DNA of 45,089 nt from a virus. Taxonomy: Duplodnaviria; Caudoviricetes. Made by a program: the position numbers and the translations under genes. A model generated the notes under the pieces. It made no database searches. It was given only the letters and a program-made list of their open reading frames with translations, and was not told the DNA's origin. Shown here in pieces: positions 9,226-17,299 of this stretch. Each line of letters starts with the position of its first letter. Position 1 is the stretch's first letter. The stretch lies in the IMG/VR virus record IMGVR_UViG_3300020381_000857, positions 1 through 45,089 of that record; one strand, written 5' to 3'.

Positions 9226-10595
9226 TGACTCAAGAAGTTTTACTATACGATGTAGTTCACGATTATATTATCTCAGAAAACTTTGCTTCTAATACTGAAG
9301 GAGCAAATAAAGTGATGTTAAAACTCAGTGATGAGTTGATGCAAGAGATATATGAAAGAACAATGACAGCATCAGAGAAAAGAAAAGATACGATGCTCAA
9401 GAAGAAATATGATGACTCTGATATGAAGAAGAATATGCAAGGTCAATATGGTAAGGAAGAAGGAAAGAAAGTTTACTTTGCTACGATTCGTAAGCAAGCA
9501 ATGAAGAAAGAAGAAGTAGAGCAAGAAGATCCTTCTGTGAAAGCAAAGATGAAAAGACAAGCAATGATTAAAAAGCAAGTCTTGATGAAAAAATTACAGG
9601 CAGTCAGGGCTGGTGCAGGTGCTGATATTACATCTTCTCATGAACTAGAAGGTGAAGTAGTAGAGGAAGTTGGTATTAGTAGTACTGTGATGATGGATAA
9701 GGCAAAGAAAGAAGCAATGCTCAGAAAGAAAGAGAGAGATGCAGTTGCAAAGAAAATGAAAAAGGTGAGTGAAGCTACGACTGATTATGGTTCTCAAACT
9801 GCACGAGATAATGATGACAATAAAGCAGCAGTTGCTGCTAGAAAAAGGATTTATGATCGTGCTAGTGAGAAAGACAAAAATATGATGGATGCTCGAACAA
9901 TTTCTCAACAAAGAAATAAGGTTAGGGGTGATAGAATGAAGGCAGACCAAAATAAACCCGAAGTTGATAGTGTAGGTTCTTTGATACAAAAAAAATTAAA
10001 AGTTGGAAAATTTAAAAAAATGAATGAAGATGTAAAAAGAGATGAGTATGGTGATCCAGTTGGTGGGCCAAAGATATCAAAGAAACAACTCAAGAAAAAT
10101 CTAGCAGCAAATGCACCAGATGAGGATCATACTAATACAACTGCTGAAGGATACGGTAGTGACAGAGTAGGGCCTGCATTAAAAGTTGCTCGTGCAATAG
10201 ACAAAGTAAATCCTAGACCAAAACCTAATAGTAAACGCACTGCAATGTCAAGAGCATTGAAGATGGCAAGTATTAAAAAAGATGAGAAGATAAGAAAGAG
10301 AAAAGAAAATCCATATTCAACAGATAAAAAATTGAAAATGGTTGCTACATCAATTCGTGATAGAGTCAAACAAAAGGTTAAGTCAATGGCAACAAGTGAG
10401 GATTTTATTCCAGAAGAAGGATATGATGTCGCAAGAGATCAAGAAAAAGTAAAACCTTCCAAAGATAAGAAAGATGCAACTACAATGCCACCAAGTAAAG
10501 AAATGATGAAGACTCAGAAGGTAAACAAAGGTCATTCTGCACTTGAACTTGTGAGAAAGAAGTACGGTAAGTCTGTTATGGGAACTAAAAAATGA
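9225..10595 (+). CDS. Large Lys/Glu-rich, low-complexity probable internal virion protein
   Basis: 456 aa; basic segments punctuated by Glu-rich linkers; TAATG coupling to the previous ORF. Confidence 0.65.
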   Translation: MTQEVLLYDVVHDYIISENFASNTEGANKVMLKLSDELMQEIYERTMTASEKRKDTMLKKKYDDSDMKKNMQGQYGKEEGKKVYFATIRKQAMKKEEVEQEDPSVKAKMKRQAMIKKQVLMKKLQAVRAGAGADITSSHELEGEVVEEVGISSTVMMDKAKKEAMLRKKERDAVAKKMKKVSEATTDYGSQTARDNDDNKAAVAARKRIYDRASEKDKNMMDARTISQQRNKVRGDRMKADQNKPEVDSVGSLIQKKLKVGKFKKMNEDVKRDEYGDPVGGPKISKKQLKKNLAANAPDEDHTNTTAEGYGSDRVGPALKVARAIDKVNPRPKPNSKRTAMSRALKMASIKKDEKIRKRKENPYSTDKKLKMVATSIRDRVKQKVKSMATSEDFIPEEGYDVARDQEKVKPSKDKKDATTMPPSKEMMKTQKVNKGHSALELVRKKYGKSVMGTKK

Positions 10596-10792
10596 ATTAT
10601 TCATTATATGATTCTTGGTTTGATGACGAATTACCACAGGCACAGTTTGATAGTTTGCAGTGTTGGATCGAAAATGAGAATACAGCAAAGTGGTCAACAG
10701 TAGTAGATACCTCAGTTCATTCTGTCTTATATGACTTGGCAACACGGAATGGTTTGATATTAGGTGGAACAGAAGAAATAATACCAGTTTAA
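10592..10792 (+). CDS. Small acidic hypothetical protein
   Basis: 66-aa ORF with ATGA overlap. Confidence 0.65.
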   Translation: MNYSLYDSWFDDELPQAQFDSLQCWIENENTAKWSTVVDTSVHSVLYDLATRNGLILGGTEEIIPV

Positions 10793-10838
10793 AAACTGTC
10801 CACTACCACTGGACTTATACCCATAATTGAACTATAAT
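10785..10838 (+). promoter_or_regulatory. Early promoter with upstream palindromic element
   Basis: CAGTT-TAAA-AACTG palindrome, 11 nt, then TGGACT-17 nt-TATAAT. Confidence 0.7.
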
Positions 10839-10844
10839 ATGGGT

Positions 10845-11759
10845 ATGAAGAATAAACATCTTGAACATCCAGAAGACTCTATCTTTACGAGTGGTCGTAA
10901 GGGTCTTCACAATATCCTAAACTTCCTAGAGGAGAGTAAGGGTAATATTTCAGTTAAGTATGATGGTGCACCTGCAATTGTATGGGGTATCAATCCAGAT
11001 AACAATTGTTTCTTTGTAGGAACAAAGAGTGTTTTTAATAAAGTTAAGGTCATGATCAACTACAATCATTATGATATTGAAGTCAATCATGGTCATGTGC
11101 CAGCAGTAGCATCCATATTGCATCTGTGTTTTGAGAAGTTACCAAGAATTGAAGGTGTTCATCAAGGTGATTTTATCGGATATGGTGGAGGAAAAGAATA
11201 TACTCCAAATACAATTACATATAAATTTGATAATAATATAGAAGAAGATATAATAGTTGCTGCACATACAACATATGAGGGAGAAGTTCTTAAAGATATG
11301 TGTGCTTCATATGGTTGCGATCAAATTGCTTCTGAGGAAGTTAAGTTCTTGGATACTAATGCTAAGTTGAATACACCTAATTATAAGTTAAGTTTGTATA
11401 TTGCAGCTGCTCGTGTTGCTGCTAAGTTTATTAAGTTTCCAAATGAGGATCAAGGTAAGAAGTTAAAGATTGCTGTTAACAAATATATTCGTGAAGGTCG
11501 AGAGTTAAATCCTTCTCAACTATCTAAAGAAACAGGATTTAATAAAAACCTTTTTCAACTTTATAAGTTCCTAATCGAGATCAAAGAGTTATTAATGAAG
11601 AGTGTAGATACATTTGAATCTGTTGATTGTTTCATTAGTGGTGAGGAATATAGTCATGAAGGATATGTAATGACTAATGGATATGGTACATTTAAATTAG
11701 TAAATCGGAAGCAGTTTTCTTATGCTAATTTTAACCTAAACAAAAAGTGGAATAAATAA
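10845..11759 (+). CDS. ATP-dependent ligase/covalent nucleotidyltransferase-like protein (DUF6267-like)
   Basis: Motif I-like SVKYDG, motif III-like HQGDFI, motif IV-like HEGYV, motif V-like FKLV; N-terminal HLEHPED. Confidence 0.7.
   Translation: MKNKHLEHPEDSIFTSGRKGLHNILNFLEESKGNISVKYDGAPAIVWGINPDNNCFFVGTKSVFNKVKVMINYNHYDIEVNHGHVPAVASILHLCFEKLPRIEGVHQGDFIGYGGGKEYTPNTITYKFDNNIEEDIIVAAHTTYEGEVLKDMCASYGCDQIASEEVKFLDTNAKLNTPNYKLSLYIAAARVAAKFIKFPNEDQGKKLKIAVNKYIREGRELNPSQLSKETGFNKNLFQLYKFLIEIKELLMKSVDTFESVDCFISGEEYSHEGYVMTNGYGTFKLVNRKQFSYANFNLNKKWNK
11751..11758 (+). promoter_or_regulatory. T4-type late promoter
   Basis: AATAAATA about 40 nt upstream of 11801. Confidence 0.55.
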
Positions 11760-11800
11760 GTGTATGTAAGTGTAGATAATTACTCCTTTAATTACAAATT

Positions 11801-12994
11801 ATGCGAAGTTTTAATAATTTCTTGAAAGAAGCAACAGAGACTTCTGCTTCAAGACAGGCAAAATTGCTTGGTCTTGTTGGAGATGGTCATGGAGGATGGT
11901 ACGATGCCAAGGGAAAGTTTGTTGCGAAAACTGAAGGTGGTAAATTAAGATTTTATGGACAAGGTGGAGCAAAACAAGAGGACGATAAACCCACTCAAAA
12001 GAAACCTGCAGAAGCACCTGCACCAACTAAGAAAGCAAAACCAGTTCAACAACAAGATAAACCAGAACAAACGGAAGGTAATAAAGGCCTTGTTCTTGTA
12101 TTTGGTAGATTCAATCCACCAACAGTTGGGCACCAAAAACTTTTACAGTCTGCACAAAGAGAAGCAAAAAGAACTAACGGTGATTTAAAAATATATCCAA
12201 GTCGTACTCAGGACGCAAAGAAGAATCCACTTGATCCTGGTATGAAAATTAATTTCATGAAACAAATGTTCCCTGATTATGAGGAGAATATTATTGATGA
12301 TGCAGGTACAAAAACTATATTCGATGCATTAACATCTGCATATGGTGAAAAATATAGTGATGTCACGATTGTAGTTGGCCAAGATCGTCTATCTGAGTTC
12401 CAAGGATTAGCACAAAAGTATAATGGTTCAGACCTTTATAACTTTGAAAATATAGTTGTCGTGTCTGGTGGAGCAAGAGATCCTGATGCAGATGATGTAA
12501 CAGGTATGTCAGCCTCGAAGATGAGATCATATGCAACTGATGATGACTTCCAATCATTTGTGAAAGGATTGCCACCAGCATTAAAGACAATGCAGAAACG
12601 TGAACTCTTTAACAATGTTCGTAAGTCGATGAATATAAAAGAGTCATTACTTTGGGAGATTGCACCCAAACTTGATCCTGATACTCTTCGTGAGGAGTAT
12701 CGTAGTGGCAATATATTAAATCTAGGTGATATAGTAGAGAACATTAACACTGGATTGCATGGTGAGGTTATTCGTAGAGGAACTAACTATGTCATTTGTG
12801 TATGTGAAAATGGTATTATGTTTAAATCTTGGTTGAAAGATTTACAAGAATATACTGAAGTTAAAATGGATAGACTAATGAGAGATAAGATACATCCAAA
12901 TACTCTTGTTGGAACTAAAGGATTCTTAAAGTACCTACAGATGATGACACCTGGTCATGATAAAGGTATCAAAGTTAACAATCAGTATAAATAA
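11801..12994 (+). CDS. HIGH-superfamily (cytidylyltransferase-like) nucleotidyltransferase
   Basis: FGRFNPPTVGH (T/HxGH) and MSASKMR motifs; N-terminus MRSFNNFLKEA resembles the T4 internal-protein capsid-targeting sequence. Confidence 0.85.
   Translation: MRSFNNFLKEATETSASRQAKLLGLVGDGHGGWYDAKGKFVAKTEGGKLRFYGQGGAKQEDDKPTQKKPAEAPAPTKKAKPVQQQDKPEQTEGNKGLVLVFGRFNPPTVGHQKLLQSAQREAKRTNGDLKIYPSRTQDAKKNPLDPGMKINFMKQMFPDYEENIIDDAGTKTIFDALTSAYGEKYSDVTIVVGQDRLSEFQGLAQKYNGSDLYNFENIVVVSGGARDPDADDVTGMSASKMRSYATDDDFQSFVKGLPPALKTMQKRELFNNVRKSMNIKESLLWEIAPKLDPDTLREEYRSGNILNLGDIVENINTGLHGEVIRRGTNYVICVCENGIMFKSWLKDLQEYTEVKMDRLMRDKIHPNTLVGTKGFLKYLQMMTPGHDKGIKVNNQYK
12986..12993 (+). promoter_or_regulatory. T4 late promoter
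   Basis: Exact TATAAATA 21 nt before the 13015 ATG. Confidence 0.8.
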
Positions 12995-13014
12995 TTTCTG
13001 TAGCAACAAGAACT

Positions 13015-13986
13015 ATGTTAATAGAGGAACAAATAAAAATTGCAAGGTTGATTGCATCGGGTACTCCGAGGGAAGTTGCTATCACAGAATATCGTGTTAT
13101 AGACAAAAAATCTATTGTTAAATCAGGCCCAATAATAGACGTGAAAGCAAAAGATATGGGTACTGAAATGACCGCACAAGATAAAGCAAAACAAAGATTA
13201 GCAAAGGTAAGACAGGCAGCACAAAAGGCAGCACAAAGAGTAAAACAAAAAGGTGGTGCGATTGTTAAATCTGCAGCTGGAAAGATAACTAAAGCAAGTG
13301 ATAAGTTAAAAGCACCTAAAGCATCAGATGTATCTGGAAAACCAGATGAGAAACCAACCACTAACGTAAATGTAATTTTACCAAAAGATAAAGAGGGAGT
13401 AGGATTAGAGAAGGTTGATAGTTCTGAAGCTGGAGCAACTGCAGCAAAGAAAGCAGCAGCTAATGTTGCAAAACTTGGATTAAAGGGAGTCAAGAAATTG
13501 GCAGGTATCAAGATGAGAAAGGAAGAATTTATACAAGAAGTTGAAGAGAAAAAGAAGTCTGGAAAAGAAAAAGTTATAGATATAATGAGAGGTAAAAACT
13601 CAATTAAGATAAATCCTGACGTGAAAGAAGACACTGTTGTCATTCAGGATGCATCTGGAAAAGATTCTATAGAGATAGTAGACATAATACCGCCACAAAA
13701 AGTAAGATCCGATTGGAGGAAAGAAGTCAATGTCACAGAAGCAGCAGCGTGGACAAGGAAAGCAGGAAAAAGTAAATCAGGTGGGCTCAATGAAAAAGGA
13801 AGAAAAAGTTACGAGCGACAAAATCCTGGATCTGACCTTAAAGCACCTAGCAAGAAGGTTGGAAACCCCCGCAGGAAATCGTTCTGTGCTCGAATGAAGG
13901 GGATGAAGAAGAAGTTAACAAGTGCAAAGACCGCAAGAGATCCAGATTCAAGAATAAACAAATCTTTAAGAGCATGGAATTGTTAG
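13015..13986 (+). CDS. Lys/Ala-rich probable virion protein with a conserved C-terminal domain (DUF6321-like)
   Basis: C-terminal GGLNEKGRKSY...RRKSFCARM...RAWNC; late promoter upstream. Confidence 0.7.
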   Translation: MLIEEQIKIARLIASGTPREVAITEYRVIDKKSIVKSGPIIDVKAKDMGTEMTAQDKAKQRLAKVRQAAQKAAQRVKQKGGAIVKSAAGKITKASDKLKAPKASDVSGKPDEKPTTNVNVILPKDKEGVGLEKVDSSEAGATAAKKAAANVAKLGLKGVKKLAGIKMRKEEFIQEVEEKKKSGKEKVIDIMRGKNSIKINPDVKEDTVVIQDASGKDSIEIVDIIPPQKVRSDWRKEVNVTEAAAWTRKAGKSKSGGLNEKGRKSYERQNPGSDLKAPSKKVGNPRRKSFCARMKGMKKKLTSAKTARDPDSRINKSLRAWNC

Positions 13987-14026
13987 TTTAAGGTTGCTAT
14001 ATAGTGTAGTTATTTCGCATAAGATT

Positions 14027-14221
14027 ATGTTATCATTTTTACTACCGTTTGCATCAAAAATTATTAGTGATGCTGTAAATAAAATTCCTGAAGACGCTGA
14101 GTTGGGAGAAAAGTTAATCGATATTTGCCTTGTAATTATAGGTAAGGCAGTCAAGTTGACTAAGACCGATGCTGACGACAAATTGTTTGAACAGGTATCT
14201 AAGGCAATCAAATCTCGTTGA
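14027..14221 (+). CDS. Small conserved hypothetical protein
   Basis: ATG at 14027 (MLSFLLPFASKII...TKTDADDKL). Confidence 0.7.
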   Translation: MLSFLLPFASKIISDAVNKIPEDAELGEKLIDICLVIIGKAVKLTKTDADDKLFEQVSKAIKSR

Positions 14222-14231
14222 TTGTGCTTTT

Positions 14232-14239
14232 TATAAATA
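14232..14239 (+). promoter_or_regulatory. T4 late promoter
   Basis: Exact TATAAATA upstream of 14273. Confidence 0.8.
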
Positions 14240-14272
14240 TTCCTAGACAAGAAAATTATTAGGGTAAAACAA

Positions 14273-14797
14273 ATGGCTCTTTGGGGTACAAAAGATAGTG
14301 TTTATGCTGACGGAACGATAGCCGTTAATTTTTCTACGCTAAAAGTCGTTGGAACAGGCACTACATTTAACACATCTGGTTTAATTCAGGCTGGGGATAT
14401 TATAACTTGTGGTGCAGGTCAAACTCAGGGTGAAGCAATTATTACTGCAGTTGATTCAGGAACAGTGTTATCAATTTTAAATACAGATAATTTTGCTGTT
14501 GGATTAACAACAGTTATTGGTGGTGCAGCATATAATATAACTCAGAAACCAAAATCCACACTTAAAGATACTAACTATGAAGGATCCGAGATATATGGTG
14601 TAGACACAACTGAACAAACAGTTGCAAATGCAGCATCAGGTGAAGCACGTAAGTATGCTCCTGCACATGCAGGTTGGGTTGGTATTACAACATACACAGA
14701 TCAAGATGGTGTTTTAAGAGTTAAGACAGAAACACTCGTTGCAAGCAGTAGCATAACAGGTGATGCTTCTGACGACACAAAACTACCAAATAGTTAA
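14273..14797 (+). CDS. Probable virion structural protein
   Basis: MALWG start, Thr/Gly/Ala-rich beta character, HAGWV...RVKTETLVA motif, late promoter. Confidence 0.7.
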   Translation: MALWGTKDSVYADGTIAVNFSTLKVVGTGTTFNTSGLIQAGDIITCGAGQTQGEAIITAVDSGTVLSILNTDNFAVGLTTVIGGAAYNITQKPKSTLKDTNYEGSEIYGVDTTEQTVANAASGEARKYAPAHAGWVGITTYTDQDGVLRVKTETLVASSSITGDASDDTKLPNS

Positions 14798-14815
14798 CAT
14801 ATGACATAATATAGT

Positions 14816-15187
14816 ATGAAATTTGATGAACTAAACGAATCAAACTACATAATGTTTGCAATTAAAAATTATGAAAATCCTCAAGCAATTACGCAAGAGG
14901 ATTTTTATGAAGACATGAAAAGATTCAAATGGGTTAAAAGACTTCTGAATAAATTTAAAAATACAGGAGATCTAAATGTGCATTTGGTTATGAATCATTT
15001 TATAATACTTTATAATGTATTTGGTGATGCAACAACTCCTTTGTTGTTTTATAAACTTGATAAGGATCTGTGGAGTATACTGAAAACTTTTGTAATTTAC
15101 TTGGAAAGATTGCCAGAGTTTCCACTCACAGCTTTACATGATATTCCTGTAGATGAAAAGTGTTTACAACTTTTAAACGATCTATGA
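14816..15187 (+). CDS. Conserved T4-like hypothetical protein
   Basis: 123 aa; NHFIILYNVFG motif. Confidence 0.75.
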   Translation: MKFDELNESNYIMFAIKNYENPQAITQEDFYEDMKRFKWVKRLLNKFKNTGDLNVHLVMNHFIILYNVFGDATTPLLFYKLDKDLWSILKTFVIYLERLPEFPLTALHDIPVDEKCLQLLNDL

Positions 15188-15414
15188 CCAACAGTAACTT
15201 GCAAAAAATTATTGACATTGTTCGCCAACTTAATGAAGAGATGGTTGCGAACAATGTTAGTGGTGGTCAGATTGCAGGAACAGTAGAAGCAGGTGATGAT
15301 CCACCTGTAAGAAAAAAGAAACCACCTGTATTGGCAAGAGGTAAGTTGCCTGGTATGAGAACTAGATTCAAAAAAGGTGCAGACTTTATGGCAAATATTA
15401 AGAAAAATAAATAA
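15184..15414 (+). CDS. Small hypothetical protein (possible internal head peptide)
   Basis: ATGA overlap; LNEEM followed by a basic tail DDPPVRKKK. Confidence 0.65.
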   Translation: MTNSNLQKIIDIVRQLNEEMVANNVSGGQIAGTVEAGDDPPVRKKKPPVLARGKLPGMRTRFKKGADFMANIKKNK

Positions 15415-15437
15415 GTTAGAAGTATAAACACTTAGAA

Positions 15438-15821
15438 GTGGAAGACAATACCAACGTTAATGCAGCAATATTAGAGAGATTAGAGAAAGTTGTTCAATCT
15501 CTACAGGAAAACTCTGTAAAGATGGGGCAACTTCTTGCTGTTCATGATGAGAAGTTAACAAAGCAAGATCGTATTGATGCGGTTTTATTTGAAAAGATTG
15601 AGCAAGTGGATGTAAAATTAGATAGACATGCTACTGATATCAAGAAAGGATGTGAAAGAGATATAAGACTTGTAGATGCACGTTTAAGGTTGATAGAGAA
15701 AAAAATGTGGTCAATATTTGGTGGTCTTGCTATAATATCTTTTGTTGTAAGTCCAATTGGCCAAAGAATTATCAAACCAGTGTTGACTTCAGCACCAGTT
15801 CCGAGTATAATAGAAAAGTAA
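15438..15821 (+). CDS. Coiled-coil protein with a C-terminal transmembrane helix
   Basis: Heptad-rich N-terminal part, hydrophobic WSIFGGLAIISFVV; AATAAATA at 15406-15413. Confidence 0.7.
   Translation: MEDNTNVNAAILERLEKVVQSLQENSVKMGQLLAVHDEKLTKQDRIDAVLFEKIEQVDVKLDRHATDIKKGCERDIRLVDARLRLIEKKMWSIFGGLAIISFVVSPIGQRIIKPVLTSAPVPSIIEK
15783..15811 (+). promoter_or_regulatory. Sigma70-like early promoter
   Basis: TTGACT-17 nt-TATAAT upstream of the cupin/primase/nrd genes. Confidence 0.8.
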
Positions 15822-15833
15822 TTAAACTTTGTA

Positions 15834-16307
15834 ATGAGTGACATCAATTTTAATAGACACCGTGTGTTCAGAGAGACAGACAGTGTTATTTTTTATGATA
15901 TATCAGTTGAAGAATCAAATGCTAGTGACCTTGTAGTACACACAGGGCCTGCTATCTCACCTCCACCAGACTGCGTGGGAGGTAAACAGTTCTACATTCA
16001 TAGTTTTCAAGACGATTGTAATAGAGTGGTACAAGGAGAGAGAATGTTTGAGTTGGTCAATAGAGAATGGAAAAATCAATATCATATAGTACATCTCAAT
16101 AGACACAGTGGTGCGTTAGTTATACCACGCAACACATTTCATAGGTCAGTGTCAGGTGAGAAAGGATCAATAGTAATCAACCAAGCAACGAGGTACGATG
16201 GGTTTGATCCTAGTGCTGAGTTCTATCCAGTATCCACAGCAGAGTGTAGAGATTTGTATAATATATTAAGAAATGTGGTTCCTGTAATCCATACAGTAGG
16301 CGAGTAA
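15834..16307 (+). CDS. Cupin/RmlC-like protein
   Basis: FYIHSFQDD...G..LVIPRNTFH cupin-like motifs. Confidence 0.6.
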   Translation: MSDINFNRHRVFRETDSVIFYDISVEESNASDLVVHTGPAISPPPDCVGGKQFYIHSFQDDCNRVVQGERMFELVNREWKNQYHIVHLNRHSGALVIPRNTFHRSVSGEKGSIVINQATRYDGFDPSAEFYPVSTAECRDLYNILRNVVPVIHTVGE

Positions 16308-17299
16308 TGAGTTTTGTTGATACCAAGTATATCGGACTAGTTTCAGTTAGATTGCAGAAGTTTAGTAAGAAGAAAGAAGGACTATATACTTTCCGTTGTC
16401 CTTATTGTGGGGATTCTCAGAAAAACAAAAATAAGACAAGAGGTTATCTTTATAAATTAAAGAACGACCATAACTTTAAATGTCATAATTGTGGACTATC
16501 TAGGACGTTTACCAACTTCCTAAAGGATCAAGACGTAGTGTTATATGATGAATATGTGATGGAGCGATACAAGTCTGGATTGACTGGAAGGTTGTCAAAT
16601 ACACCCAACCCAGTGATGCCTTCATCAAAACCAAAATTTGTTAAGAAGTCATTTGATCTTCCCAGAATCTCAGAACTAAATAAAACACATCCCGCAAGAA
16701 CATACCTTTCCAACAGAAGAATACCAGAGGATAGTTTCAAGGATTTGTATTATTGTGACCACTTTCGAAAGTGGACTAATGAACAAAAGTATACTTTTGA
16801 AGACTCAAAGTTTGATGAGTCTCGTATTGTCATCCCTTTGAGAACTCGTGATAAGATCTTTGGATTTCAAGGTCGATCATTAGACCCCAAAAACCAATTG
16901 AGATACATAACAATTATGTTAGATGATGATTCACCAAAAGTTTACGGATTAGATAAAATTAATGAAAACAAAAAAATCTATGTCGTTGAAGGCCCTCTCG
17001 ATTCCCTCTTCGTGGAAAACTGTGTTGCTATGGTTGGGGCCGATCTTGATCTTCGGACGTTTGGCTGGAGTAATTATATTTACGTTTATGATAATGAACC
17101 ACGTAACAGAGAAATCATTGAAAGAATCGACAAGACCATTAGTCGAGGAGATCAGGTAGTGATTTGGCCAAGCACTATTAATGAAAAAGATATCAATGAT
17201 ATGACAATGAGTGGACATAATGTAAAAGATCTGTTAGAATCTAATACATGTTCTGGTCTAGAGGCAAAACTTAAATTTACAACTTGGAAAAAGATATGA
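16307..17299 (+). CDS. gp61: DNA primase (T4 gp61)
   Basis: Zn finger CPYCGD...CHNC; TOPRIM motifs VEGPLD, YDNE, KDIND. Confidence 0.96.
   Translation: MSFVDTKYIGLVSVRLQKFSKKKEGLYTFRCPYCGDSQKNKNKTRGYLYKLKNDHNFKCHNCGLSRTFTNFLKDQDVVLYDEYVMERYKSGLTGRLSNTPNPVMPSSKPKFVKKSFDLPRISELNKTHPARTYLSNRRIPEDSFKDLYYCDHFRKWTNEQKYTFEDSKFDESRIVIPLRTRDKIFGFQGRSLDPKNQLRYITIMLDDDSPKVYGLDKINENKKIYVVEGPLDSLFVENCVAMVGADLDLRTFGWSNYIYVYDNEPRNREIIERIDKTISRGDQVVIWPSTINEKDINDMTMSGHNVKDLLESNTCSGLEAKLKFTTWKKI

Noticed and set aside
10845-12994. Assignment to the NARP1/NARP2 NAD-reconstitution pathways
   Set aside because: No PRPP-synthetase-like Adps or nicotinamide phosphoribosyltransferase-like partner in the window; only a generic HIGH motif is shared
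12975-13643. 222-aa minus-strand ORF
   Set aside because: Antisense shadow of the low-complexity Lys/Ala-rich gene 13015..13986, which has the late promoter
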